Positions 1 through 9,314 of a stretch of 64,000 bases of DNA are shown piece by piece (the stretch's first letter is position 1; every line of letters starts with the position of its first letter). Location: positions 64,868 through 128,867 of IMG/VR virus record IMGVR_UViG_3300025706_000001. One strand, 5' to 3'. The translations under genes were made by a program, and so were the position numbers. The notes beneath the pieces are model-generated. The model worked only from the letters and a program-made list of their open reading frames with translations. It ran no database searches and had not been told where the DNA came from. Origin of the DNA: a virus (lineage: Duplodnaviria > Caudoviricetes).

Positions 1-707
1 GTTGCGTATTCATCGCGCTCCGGATACCGATCCGGCTCTGCCCCCAAATCAATCTCATCATCCGCCGAGTAGCTGGACGACCTCATGTCCAGCATGTCCG
101 TCAATTGTGCAACGAGCATCTCGTGGTCCAGGGCGTCCCCCAACTGCTTGACCAAGTGGTGCCGGTCGGCTGTTGGGTCAAATCCTCTTGCCAAGGACTG
201 TCGCCGCAAGGCACGGTCCAAGTCCTGCGTCCACTCCTGGATGGTCCGCTGCTTTTGAACGTACTGATCCATGATTTCGGACAGGGTTGTGACCAGCGGA
301 TCATTCTGAACTTTTGGTCGAGGTTCAGGTTGAACTTCTGGCTCCGGTTCAGCCTGAACTTCTGCGGGGGCAGATGCCTGCTCGTCGGGGACTTCGGGCA
401 GCGGATCATTCTGGACTTCTGGTGACCCGCCCCTGGCCGCATTGAAGAACGATTCCCAGAAGCCGTCCCACGGGTTCGTGGCTTGACGCTGGATCTCGTA
501 GGTTGCCTCACTAGTAGCATTCTTGGCTAGTTCTCCGGCCTCTATCCTGCCGTCGATGCGGTCGGTGCCTTGGGGGGATACGTCGATACGCTGCTGGTTG
601 AACAGGTTCCGCCATTCGTCAAACGACTTGGGCGCGGCCCCAGCCTGCTGCATAAATCTCGCGTACCAGGAGTAGCGGCGTTGTTCGTCTTGGTTCAGAT
701 CAGGCAT
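1..707 (-). CDS. Hypothetical phage protein, runs off the left edge of the window
   Basis: Hand translation: MPDLNQDEQRRYSWYARF...GDALDHEMLVAQLTDMLD... is open to position 1, with AAGGG upstream. It is absent from the ORF track because it has no stop in the window. Confidence 0.7.
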   Translation of the reverse strand, partial: MPDLNQDEQRRYSWYARFMQQAGAAPKSFDEWRNLFNQQRIDVSPQGTDRIDGRIEAGELAKNATSEATYEIQRQATNPWDGFWESFFNAARGGSPEVQNDPLPEVPDEQASAPAEVQAEPEPEVQPEPRPKVQNDPLVTTLSEIMDQYVQKQRTIQEWTQDLDRALRRQSLARGFDPTADRHHLVKQLGDALDHEMLVAQLTDMLDMRSSSYSADDEIDLGAEPDRYPERDEYA

Positions 708-735
708 TGAACTGGCCCTTTGTACGCTGTAAAAT
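707..735 (+). promoter_or_regulatory. sigma70-type promoter of the HNH gene
   Basis: TTGAAC(707-712)-17 bp-TAAAAT(730-735). Confidence 0.6.
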
Positions 736-805
736 GAGGCGAGCCAGGGGGCGTATGGTGCGCCCTTGCTGGCTCTTGCCACTTACACCTGAACGGAGGT
801 TTCTC

Positions 806-1705
806 ATGGCTAAACGCAATTCTAAATCGCCTTACGTGCCTGCACAAGACTTGTTCGACGGCGCAAGGCTCGGCAGGTTGTTGCTGATCAAAAAAGACGT
901 GGATGCGGCAGAAGACAGTTGGATCTGCCAGTGTGACTGCGGAACAACCAAGATCATCACGTCCTACCGGCTCATGCGCGGCGAAAAAAGTTGTGGCTGT
1001 ATTAGTGGTCACGGCATGTCCCGCGATCCAATTTACAGCTGCTGGTCTGGAATCACGTATCGCGGCAAAGGCAAGTCGAAAGAGCCGTGCTATGCCAATG
1101 GTGACATCCATGTTTGCAAGCGATGGATGGAGTCGTTCGAGGCGTTTTACGAAGACATGGGCGACAAACCGAGCCCAAAGCATTCGATCGACCGAATTGT
1201 AAACGCGAAGGGGTACACCTGCGGAAAATGTGAGGAATGTCTTTCTCGCGGCGACACCGCGAATTGCCGGTGGGCCACCAAGCAGGAACAGTCCATCAAT
1301 CGCTCCGTGACTCGCTTCATCACGCACGGCGGCGAAACATGCACGCTTACTGAATGGGCTCGCAGGGCAGGCATTTCGGTAACGACACTCGCTGGCAGGC
1401 TGGATCGCGGCTGGACCGTGCAAGACGCGATTACGAAGCCGTCCAATCATGCGGGTCAATGTCGGCGAACTGGACTTCACTTGATTACCCATGACGGACA
1501 AACTCATTCGATAACAGAATGGGCAAAGATCCTTGGAATTAGTTCTGCTGCAATTTGCTCTCGGCTAAGTCTTGGCTGGTCTGAATCAAAGGCGGTCTCC
1601 ACGCCCAGCAGAAGACCTAAAGTGAAAGTGTCGGCGAAAACGACTTCGCCAGAGCATAGTCCTCCAGTTGTTGCTGACTCCACTTCCCCGTCCGAAACCA
1701 CGTAA
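806..1705 (+). CDS. Free-standing HNH homing endonuclease-like protein, antisense to its neighbours
   Basis: WICQCDCG, KSCGC, VCKRW..F..FYEDMGDKP, HSIDRI, NCRWAT..EQ..NR motifs; two C-terminal TxxEWA repeats; GGAGG before ATG 806. Confidence 0.85.
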   Translation: MAKRNSKSPYVPAQDLFDGARLGRLLLIKKDVDAAEDSWICQCDCGTTKIITSYRLMRGEKSCGCISGHGMSRDPIYSCWSGITYRGKGKSKEPCYANGDIHVCKRWMESFEAFYEDMGDKPSPKHSIDRIVNAKGYTCGKCEECLSRGDTANCRWATKQEQSINRSVTRFITHGGETCTLTEWARRAGISVTTLAGRLDRGWTVQDAITKPSNHAGQCRRTGLHLITHDGQTHSITEWAKILGISSAAICSRLSLGWSESKAVSTPSRRPKVKVSAKTTSPEHSPPVVADSTSPSETT

Positions 1706-3398
1706 CGGCCTCCTGGTCGCTCTGTGGCGTCGCATCCTGGGACAGGGCTGCCTTTTCTTCGGGTTGGCCGGCAGGCTGTTGTGGGGCCTGCTGGCCCTGT
1801 TCCTGGGCAGCTTCGGGAGGTGTGCCCATTTGTTGCTGCATCGCGGCCTGCTGCTGCATGGTTTCCATCTGGATCGTTTGTTGCAGCCTCATTTGCTTTT
1901 CTTGCATCTCCATATTTAAGTTATTCATAGCCTTGGTTTGGCGAAGCTGCTGCGTACTCACGGTCACGACCTCATCCCCTGGTTCGGGGGGCGTCATCCC
2001 CGTAAAAGAGTATAGGTCAGCCACCCTCACGGGGCAGTCCATTTGGTAAATCGAACTTATGGCTGCTAATCTCTTTTGCACATCTGGCTCATCGGTCTGA
2101 AGCTCTAGTCTCGGATAGCACCCCATCGAATCCCGCGCATTCTCGTACTGCAACTTCCGCAGTAACTCGCGGGTCAGCGTCTCACCCAAGTTCGCCGCAT
2201 CGAATCGCACGATATCCGAAAACGTCTGGATGTGCGCCGCCGCCACCCCGCCGCCCATGCCCGTGGATTCAGCTTCGGTAGTGAGTAACTGACCGAGGAT
2301 GTACTTCTTGATCTTCTTCAGGAAAAAGTTTTCGATCAGCTCGCGGATCATCTGTGCGCCGGTGATCCCAGGCTCAATCTGCTCCACGCCGTACATGCCG
2401 GCGTACTCGTTGGGTTCAACCGGGAACAGGATGTCCGCCACTCCGTTAGCGATGGCGTTCTTGGCGGCGCTTTCGACGGCGGTTTTCCAATTGGCGTTTC
2501 CCGACGGATACCGCCAAATTCTGACGCCCAGGGCAGCGCGGCTGACGAACGTCATCAAATCCGCCAACAGGGCGTTCATGGCATACCAAGTCCAGTAGAT
2601 CCGGTCTCGGATTCCAACGCCCATGACCCGGCCCATCATTCTCGGTTCATGCCAGGGTCCGTCTTCCACAATGTGCTTGTGGACGACCATTGTGTCGCGC
2701 TCATAGTCATCAAACCAATACACCAAGCCGTACTGGGTGGCTTCCACCTTCATGCGCAGCTGGTCGTATGGCAGGTTTTGCAGCTTGGGTGGCATGTTGG
2801 CGAAGAAGGCCGCGTGAACCCGAATGCCGAGCTGACCAGGCTTGTACTTGAACGTTCCGTCCGAGTAGCGGAACATGAGCTTGTCGCCGTGTCTGGGGGA
2901 CCAGTCGGAAATGACTGTGCGGTACTGGTCACCTACCTGCTCTGTGCCAAACGTATTGACGTTGCACGACTTTCCGAACCAAAGGGCCTCCATTAGGGCG
3001 TATCGGTACTTTGTGAAGTACGGGATTCGTTCCAGGAGTTTGGTCAGAAGTTGGGCGAGCTTGATCTCTTTCGGGGACTTTTCGTTCTCGGGTACGACGT
3101 GGTACTTGAGCAATGCCGTTGCTCGCATCCGCGCCTCAAGGCACTCCATGATCGCCGATTCTGTGCGCATTCGCTCGGCGTTCTCGACGCTGTTTCGCGT
3201 AGCTTCATCATCAATTGGGTAGGCTCGTGCAGCAGACCCGACGTACCCCGTGGCCGTGTAGTAGTGCGGAACGATATCTTGCCCAAAGATGGGAGGTGCG
3301 CCCTCGATTTGCCTTGCCGGGTCCTGTGCGTTGGCAAGAATGACGCTCGCCGGAAGGGAGCTTAGGTCGATTGGACGGGTGAAGTCATAATTTGGCAT
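1617..3398 (-). CDS. Phage portal protein (DUF935/Mu gp29-like)
   Basis: LMEALWFG, G.GIRDRIYWTWY, IKKYILGQLLTT, AHIQTFSDIVRFDA..L.ETLTREL motifs; Q-rich tail; start taken at MPNYDF. Confidence 0.75.
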   Translation of the reverse strand: MPNYDFTRPIDLSSLPASVILANAQDPARQIEGAPPIFGQDIVPHYYTATGYVGSAARAYPIDDEATRNSVENAERMRTESAIMECLEARMRATALLKYHVVPENEKSPKEIKLAQLLTKLLERIPYFTKYRYALMEALWFGKSCNVNTFGTEQVGDQYRTVISDWSPRHGDKLMFRYSDGTFKYKPGQLGIRVHAAFFANMPPKLQNLPYDQLRMKVEATQYGLVYWFDDYERDTMVVHKHIVEDGPWHEPRMMGRVMGVGIRDRIYWTWYAMNALLADLMTFVSRAALGVRIWRYPSGNANWKTAVESAAKNAIANGVADILFPVEPNEYAGMYGVEQIEPGITGAQMIRELIENFFLKKIKKYILGQLLTTEAESTGMGGGVAAAHIQTFSDIVRFDAANLGETLTRELLRKLQYENARDSMGCYPRLELQTDEPDVQKRLAAISSIYQMDCPVRVADLYSFTGMTPPEPGDEVVTVSTQQLRQTKAMNNLNMEMQEKQMRLQQTIQMETMQQQAAMQQQMGTPPEAAQEQGQQAPQQPAGQPEEKAALSQDATPQSDQEAVTWFRTGKWSQQQLEDYALAKSFSPTLSL

Positions 3399-3468
3399 AA
3401 CGGAGTTCCTTGGCCGGACCTGTCGAACCCCGTCTATGGTTACGTCGATGGGTCGATGTTTGGGCCTA

Positions 3469-3699
3469 TTATAGCGGCTTCTTGCCCGCTTTCCTACTCG
3501 GTTTGTTGGCTTCTGGCGGCACTGGCTTGACCAGGGAGTGTCGCAGATCGTGCCCAATGGCTTCACCCGTGTAGGCATCCCAGACCATCGCTTGGGCGTC
3601 GTCTGGATGTCGCCCGACGGCGGTGGTTCGGTCCACGCGAAAGATATCCACGATCCTGTCGTCACGGGCTAGGTATTTGCCGGGGTAATCAATTCGCAT
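3469..3699 (-). CDS. Small hypothetical phage protein
   Basis: PGKYLARDDRIVDI..., fits the operon and has an RBS. Confidence 0.5.
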   Translation of the reverse strand: MRIDYPGKYLARDDRIVDIFRVDRTTAVGRHPDDAQAMVWDAYTGEAIGHDLRHSLVKPVPPEANKPSRKAGKKPL

Positions 3700-3741
3700 G
3701 GCTGGTGGTCTGCCTTTCGTTGGTTCTTTCTGAACTTTTGC

Positions 3742-4914
3742 TTACGGCCGTCCGCTGTTGGGTGTCCCTCGATTCGGCGTGCCTCGGTTCGGATATCCGC
3801 CCCGATTGCTGCGTCGTTTGTACGCCTGGAAGCTCCATTCGGACCCGGAGAATCCCCTGGCTTGTTCCTCGTCAACAGCCTGTCCAAAGCGTGTCAGCGG
3901 GCCGGGTCGCAGGGTGGATTGCATACGAGCCTTGACCCAAGCTGCCTCGTCTCCGGTTGCATTGGGGTCTACGACCAGCATTCTTTGACTGCGCCGCCTG
4001 AAGCCTGTTGGGGTTGCCATGCGCGGCACGTAATCCCCTGTTACGCTGACAAGCCTGTAGGCGTGCTGGTGGCCGGATTGGGTGCCTCGAATGCGCAGGT
4101 AGTCCCATACTGCGTACCCGGCGCTTTCTGGTGACGTAGAACCCAGGAACGCCTCGTACTTCATCCGGGACACGCCAGCATAGGCGTAAGTTGCACCAGG
4201 GGAGTTTGGTCGCTCCTTTTGCTTCATTCCAGGCGTCCATACCTTGAACGTTACGATCAGCGTCCCCATGTTCGTGGATCGTTGTCCGTACAGGTTGATA
4301 CTGATCCCACCATCTTCGTCGATGGTGTGTTCATCGTTCACCCAGACAAACGAGTACACGTTGGACGATCCGGGGGTCTTGGTGACGATGGCCTCTTCGG
4401 CGATGTCTTCCCGATACTCCTCTGGCCAGTTTTGAATGTTGGAAACGGGGTATTCAGAAGGCACACGAGCGGCCATGCCCTCTTCGCTTTCCCATGCTTC
4501 AGCAACACTCTCTTTTGGCTCACCCTGCGGTTCGGGGGCCTGCTGCGATTTGCGTCGATACGACTCGATCCAACGTTCCAGTCCACGAATCGCGCCCTGA
4601 AGCTGCGATCGGTACGGCTCAGGAATTGGCTCAAGAAGAATCGGGTAGGCGAGATTCAGAAGGGCTTGAATATTGGCGTAACCTTGCCAGTCGCTTGCGT
4701 TCGGATCGGCGGCCCTACTGGCAGCGTTGATGACTTGGTTGTACAGGTCAACGTTGAACTGGTAGGGCGGTGGCCCTGCGCGGTAATCGGGGGGCGGTGG
4801 CGGCGCGCCTCTGTAGTACCGTGGTGGCGGCTCAGGTTCGGATGGCGACGCACCTCGGCCGCGCATACGGTCAAGATAATCCTTCGCACCACGGAAAACG
4901 TCAGACCAAGCCAT
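3742..4914 (-). CDS. Hypothetical protein with a KTSC-like domain
   Basis: SSNVYSF...GTLIVTFK...YAYAGVS...YEAFL...SAG..VWDYLR resembles the KTSC fold. Confidence 0.5.
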   Translation of the reverse strand: MAWSDVFRGAKDYLDRMRGRGASPSEPEPPPRYYRGAPPPPPDYRAGPPPYQFNVDLYNQVINAASRAADPNASDWQGYANIQALLNLAYPILLEPIPEPYRSQLQGAIRGLERWIESYRRKSQQAPEPQGEPKESVAEAWESEEGMAARVPSEYPVSNIQNWPEEYREDIAEEAIVTKTPGSSNVYSFVWVNDEHTIDEDGGISINLYGQRSTNMGTLIVTFKVWTPGMKQKERPNSPGATYAYAGVSRMKYEAFLGSTSPESAGYAVWDYLRIRGTQSGHQHAYRLVSVTGDYVPRMATPTGFRRRSQRMLVVDPNATGDEAAWVKARMQSTLRPGPLTRFGQAVDEEQARGFSGSEWSFQAYKRRSNRGGYPNRGTPNRGTPNSGRP

Positions 4915-4915
4915 G

Positions 4916-5146
4916 TTAGTAAATCTCCACAATCACTTCGCTGCCAGCACGCTCTAGGGCATCCATGCAGTTCACGCAAAACGGCCGCCGAAAGGTCTTC
5001 GGAAGCTGGCCAACGGTAAACTCATGGATGCTGTAGGGTGGCTCAAGCATCGCTTTGCACCCAAGGTTGGCGCAGCGGAGCGGTTCATTCCTGCTGCGAT
5101 GATCTCGGTAGTGACGTGCGATACGAATGGCTAGCATGATGTTCAA
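4916..5146 (-). CDS. Small putative zinc-binding protein
   Basis: CxxxxC...CxxC pattern. Confidence 0.45.
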   Translation of the reverse strand: MNIMLAIRIARHYRDHRSRNEPLRCANLGCKAMLEPPYSIHEFTVGQLPKTFRRPFCVNCMDALERAGSEVIVEIY

Positions 5147-5196
5147 GCACCGCCTGCGGGCCTAGACCAGAGAAAGGTGTAAGCCGGTCTAGCCCG

Positions 5197-6255
5197 CTAG
5201 GCGGCGGATTCTACTCCCTCAAGTGCTTCGGCTTCGATACCCCCGGCCTTCTCGTAGTCCTGGATGACACGGGCGACCTTCTGCGGTGACACAGTTGTCG
5301 CCAAACACATGGTCAACTTCTTGTGGATGTACTTTCTGCGCACTCCATCCAAGTGCATGGCGATGATTCGTGCGTTGATGTCGGTTCCACATTCGTCGTG
5401 CGGATCGCAGTCACGCAGGGCTTCAGCGTCTTCGTTGCGATCGGGCTTGGATCGCATTGTCTGGATGGTGTTGCCCTGCTCAACCATCCCCAGGAAAGCC
5501 AGTTCACGCCGCACGGCATCTTCGGTCATGCACTTCATAAGTGCAATCTGTCTGACTGACATGTTGGGCAGGTTGGCTAACTGTTCGACGGAGTCCTTGC
5601 ACGGCTCCCGCTTGCCACGACGACGATTGACGACCTCGAACTCGTCTGCCATGCGTTCGCAGCGGGCTTCCCACTCGATCTTGAGTTCTTTCATTCGCTG
5701 ACGCTCACGCGGGTGGACCCAAGTGGACGGGTCGTACTCTTCGTCTTCAGGCTTGGCGACAAGCTCTCGACGAACCCGCTCGATGTCAGGCATGTTTGGT
5801 GACGACCACCATCCGAGGGCCATTGCGATGGACCGCAGGTCAGAACCCATCTCTTTTTGCATCTTTGCACTGGGCGGCTTTTTTGGTGCCGGGGCCTGCA
5901 TGATTGCCACGATCTCTCTGTATGCCTGCCATATCTCAGCAGATCCTCGCGGGTCAATGATCGCAGGCATGTGGCGTCCGTCCCCGGCAGCGGCCCTATC
6001 CTGCAGCCAGCGGCGAAGCTCGTCACGCAGCTTGTCCGACGCCATTGCGATGGCCCAAGCGTCATTCGCGACTTCAGTGGTAAAGAACATGTCAGCCAAC
6101 GCAGACAGGGCTTGCACAACCTCGTCGCCCAACGGCTTGACCATCATATTTTCGTAGCGATGCTTCTCGTCTTCGGTGGGCTTCCAAGCCTCCCACTCCT
6201 TGACGATTTCCTGACAGGACTTGATGGCCGTAACGGCTGCTTCTCGGGTAATCAA
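5197..6255 (-). CDS. Hypothetical protein with possible HTH segments
   Basis: 352-aa ORF in operon; MSVRQIALMKCMTEDAVRREL is HTH-like. Confidence 0.6.
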   Translation of the reverse strand: MITREAAVTAIKSCQEIVKEWEAWKPTEDEKHRYENMMVKPLGDEVVQALSALADMFFTTEVANDAWAIAMASDKLRDELRRWLQDRAAAGDGRHMPAIIDPRGSAEIWQAYREIVAIMQAPAPKKPPSAKMQKEMGSDLRSIAMALGWWSSPNMPDIERVRRELVAKPEDEEYDPSTWVHPRERQRMKELKIEWEARCERMADEFEVVNRRRGKREPCKDSVEQLANLPNMSVRQIALMKCMTEDAVRRELAFLGMVEQGNTIQTMRSKPDRNEDAEALRDCDPHDECGTDINARIIAMHLDGVRRKYIHKKLTMCLATTVSPQKVARVIQDYEKAGGIEAEALEGVESAA

Positions 6256-6266
6256 CCTTCTGCTCC

Positions 6267-6593
6267 TTAAATAACGGTTAAAACAGCGTCTCGAACTACA
6301 ACTCGCCCACCGTCGGTGGACGCCGTGACGCGAATGGAATACTGGGTATTGATTTTCTGGCCGGACACCTTGAACTGAACTGCCTTGCCAACAGCCACGT
6401 CCCGCTCCAGAATGCGAACGACTTCAGTGCTAACGACTTTATTGCTGAGCGTTAGGTCAGTCGTTGTCACCTCGGCAACGGTCGGCGTTCCTGTTAAAAG
6501 CTCATCGGCGTCCAGGTATTCTGTATAGTCGATCGAAACGACCTCGGTTTCACCGACAGAAATCACGGGCCGCTGTTCAAGTTTAATTGGCAC
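6267..6593 (-). CDS. Putative virion adaptor/structural protein
   Basis: SIDYTEYL...VSG...Y.I..TAST.GGR pattern of small beta-rich phage structural proteins. Confidence 0.5.
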   Translation of the reverse strand: MPIKLEQRPVISVGETEVVSIDYTEYLDADELLTGTPTVAEVTTTDLTLSNKVVSTEVVRILERDVAVGKAVQFKVSGQKINTQYSIRVTASTDGGRVVVRDAVLTVI

Positions 6594-6596
6594 GGC

Positions 6597-6818
6597 TCAC
6601 CTTCCTTCGTTGACCCTGTAGTGGGCTGCCTGCTGCGTAAGGGCATAATGGACTTTTGCTGGAGACAGACGGTAGTGTGGTCGGCTGCTGCCAAGTGCAA
6701 GCTCTACACCGGCTGTCTCTGGTGGTTGTTCTACGGCGGACGTATAGCCCAATGTCGGCAGATAATGCACTCCCGACCACGCGCCGTACCCACGAACTAC
6801 GATGGTTGAAGTCGCCAT
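6597..6818 (-). CDS. Hypothetical protein
   Basis: Coupled ORF; IVVRGYG N-terminus. Confidence 0.5.
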   Translation of the reverse strand: MATSTIVVRGYGAWSGVHYLPTLGYTSAVEQPPETAGVELALGSSRPHYRLSPAKVHYALTQQAAHYRVNEGR

Positions 6819-7666
6819 TAGCTTGCCCTTGTGGTCGAGGTTGGTGCGTCGGCGTCATCCAGTGTAAATGTGGCAGCAGTCGTCAGGCCATCCAGCTTTT
6901 TGACAGTGCGCGTCGTACCACTGAGTGAAAATTCGTGCAATGACTGCTGGATCAGGAAGATCGCCTGAGTCAGCGTCGGGGCTACGCCGTCTTCGGCATA
7001 CGCTTCCGTCATTTGCGTGGTCAGCACGGCCGCAAACGCCTGTGCGGCAGTTAACTGTGCATCTGCAATCGCCTCCTGCGAATCCGTCGTTTCGTTGTAC
7101 CCCGCCCCGGCCGTCGTGGCGTTGATCTCGGCCCGCGTTGCCGTGTCGGCGGTCTTGCCGGCCAGAGCACCGAGCCAATTTGCGAGTGACGTGATGCCGC
7201 TGAACAGATTGGCCGTGATTCTGGAGACGAGGTTGCCAGTGTCTGTCTTGATCGTGTCGAGCTGGTCGCTCAGGGTCTTCAGCGTGTCGCTATCCGCGCC
7301 GATGCGAGCGACTGCTGTTGCGCCGCTGTCAGCGCTTTGTAGGGAGTATTTCAGCCGAATCGGCGCATCCAGCACCACGCCACCCGCGACGGTTCCGCTG
7401 ATGCCAACGCTCGGCACGCCAGCCACAAAGGCCGCGTCCGGCACACCGACCCAGTACCAGCCCCGCCCCTCTTCGTAGACTCCGCCGTCGGCGTGTGCGT
7501 CGCCAGCCGACTTGTCCGCGAGCGGCGTGATTGACACTGGTGCCGCTCCCTCTCGCGCGTACCAGAAGGCAAAGTCGGTGGCCAGCTTGCCGGTCAGGGC
7601 AGCGCCCGCCGCTGTCATCGCGCGGACGCGGACCCACTGGTCTGTCGAGCCAATCAGGATGTCCAT
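6818..7666 (-). CDS. Putative virion structural protein
   Basis: Ala/Thr/Gly-rich ORF starting MDILIGSTDQ, in the structural operon. Confidence 0.55.
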   Translation of the reverse strand: MDILIGSTDQWVRVRAMTAAGAALTGKLATDFAFWYAREGAAPVSITPLADKSAGDAHADGGVYEEGRGWYWVGVPDAAFVAGVPSVGISGTVAGGVVLDAPIRLKYSLQSADSGATAVARIGADSDTLKTLSDQLDTIKTDTGNLVSRITANLFSGITSLANWLGALAGKTADTATRAEINATTAGAGYNETTDSQEAIADAQLTAAQAFAAVLTTQMTEAYAEDGVAPTLTQAIFLIQQSLHEFSLSGTTRTVKKLDGLTTAATFTLDDADAPTSTTRAS

Positions 7667-7689
7667 TGTTTCGCCTGCGAAGACTGAAG

Positions 7690-8091
7690 TTACGCTGGGG
7701 CAGTCGGGTCTTTCACGTTGATCTTCCACGCTGGAACATCGACCGTCCCAGCCGCAACGAGGGCCTGCTCCGTACATGTGGTAACGAACCACAGTTTGGA
7801 CGACCCGTCCGTCAGCGCGATGTGGTCGGCGGTGCCGCTGATGTCGATCGTAAGGCCGTTCTCAGCGCTGATCGTGCATTTGCGGCCAGACGTGTCATCT
7901 TCAATCGTCAGCGTCGGATTGACGACCCTTGCCAACACTTTACCCGCTCCGGTCCCTTTGTTGGAGTCGGCGTGCTCGAACGTGGTGGGAGCACCCTCAC
8001 AGATCGTCATTTCTCCAGCCACTGCATCGACAGCAGCCTTCATCGCGTCGAGGCCGTCGTCCAAAACGTCGTTGTCTGCTAATCGTGCCAT
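7690..8091 (-). CDS. Putative virion structural protein
   Basis: GGAG RBS; VLDDGLD...SGTADHIAL...VDVPAW. Confidence 0.6.
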   Translation of the reverse strand: MARLADNDVLDDGLDAMKAAVDAVAGEMTICEGAPTTFEHADSNKGTGAGKVLARVVNPTLTIEDDTSGRKCTISAENGLTIDISGTADHIALTDGSSKLWFVTTCTEQALVAAGTVDVPAWKINVKDPTAPA

Positions 8092-8105
8092 GTTCTACTC
8101 TCCTA

Positions 8106-9314
8106 CTAGATTACCAGCAGTAGTTGCTGCTGAAAAAGGACTATCGAAAACACTGAAGTCGTGAGCGTCGGACTGTCGCTGGTGACGATACATTCCGCAT
8201 CCCCAGGCAATAAGACGTGGTGCTGAGTTAATGTCGGTGAATCAGATTCTACCAAACACTCGGCGTCACCGATAGACAATATGTAAGTCGGAGTCAGTGT
8301 AGCGTTGTCGCTTGTTACCTCGCATTCCGCGTCGCCGACGGTTAGTACGTGGTGCTGCGTTAGCGTCGGTGATTCCGACTCGACAACACATTGCGAGTCA
8401 CCAACGGCCAGAGCCTGGTGTTGCGCCAGCGAAGGCGATTGCGACTCGACTACGCATTCCGCATCGCCAACGGCAAGAACTTGGTGTTGCGTTAGCGTTG
8501 GTTCATCGCTAACTACTTCACACTCTGATGCACCTACTGTCAGTAGGTGATGCTGCGTTAACGCTGGAGATTCAGAATCAACGATGCACTCCGCGTCCCC
8601 AACGGCTAGAACTTGATGCTGGGTGAGAGCAGGTGATTCGGACTCAACCACACACTCCGCATCGCCAACTGTCAGGACGTAGTATTGCGTCAGTGACGGA
8701 GATTGCGATTCGACAACGCATTCCGCATCGTTAACGGTAAGCACTTGGTGCTGAGTAAGTGACGGCGATTCGCTAGTTACCTCGACCTCTGAGTTACCGA
8801 CGGTCAGGGCGTGGTGTTGCGTCAGGGCCGGTGAATTGCTCGTAACCTCACATTCCGCGTTACCGACTTCTAGTGCTTGATGTTGTGTGAGTGCGGGGGC
8901 CTCTGATTCGACTGCACACTCCGCATCGCCGACTGCTAAGACTTGATGCTGCGTGAGGCTTGGTGATTCGCTGGTGACTTCACACTCCGAGCCACCGACT
9001 GCCAGCGACTGATGCTGAGTTAATGCCGGGGCTTCAGATTCAACCGCACATTCGGCGTCACCAACAGTCAGCGGTCCATAGTGCTGCGCCAGTGAAGGTG
9101 ACTGCGACTCAACAACGCACTCGGCGTTACCTACCACAAGGACTTGGTGTTGGGTGATCGCCGGCGATTCTGACGCAACCACGCACTCGGCATCGCCGAC
9201 GGTCAAGACCTGATGCTGAGTTAATGTCGGCGTTTCGGACTCGACAACGCATTGCACATTGCCGACGGCAAGCGATACCGCGCCAGATTTTCCGTAGAAC
9301 CACCAGTGAAACAC
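8106..9314 (-). CDS. Fibre-like protein with 17 tandem ~22-aa repeats
   Basis: Repeat consensus LTVGDAECVVESESPxLTQHQV. Confidence 0.8.
   Translation of the reverse strand: MFHWWFYGKSGAVSLAVGNVQCVVESETPTLTQHQVLTVGDAECVVASESPAITQHQVLVVGNAECVVESQSPSLAQHYGPLTVGDAECAVESEAPALTQHQSLAVGGSECEVTSESPSLTQHQVLAVGDAECAVESEAPALTQHQALEVGNAECEVTSNSPALTQHHALTVGNSEVEVTSESPSLTQHQVLTVNDAECVVESQSPSLTQYYVLTVGDAECVVESESPALTQHQVLAVGDAECIVDSESPALTQHHLLTVGASECEVVSDEPTLTQHQVLAVGDAECVVESQSPSLAQHQALAVGDSQCVVESESPTLTQHHVLTVGDAECEVTSDNATLTPTYILSIGDAECLVESDSPTLTQHHVLLPGDAECIVTSDSPTLTTSVFSIVLFQQQLLLVI

Noticed and set aside
101-520. 139-aa ORF from the track
   Set aside because: Wrong frame; the frame starting at 707 is open to the window edge and reads as a more plausible protein.
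695-1507. Long antisense ORFs opposite real genes (also 4219-5019, 41450-42286 in an alternative frame, 45647-46579)
   Set aside because: Expected shadows in GC-rich DNA; no motifs or RBS support.
8206-8214. GGCAATAAG copy in the fibre gene (and the intragenic copy at 57246)
   Set aside because: The 8206 copy is antisense within a CDS and probably chance. The 57246 copy is counted in the array but its function is uncertain.
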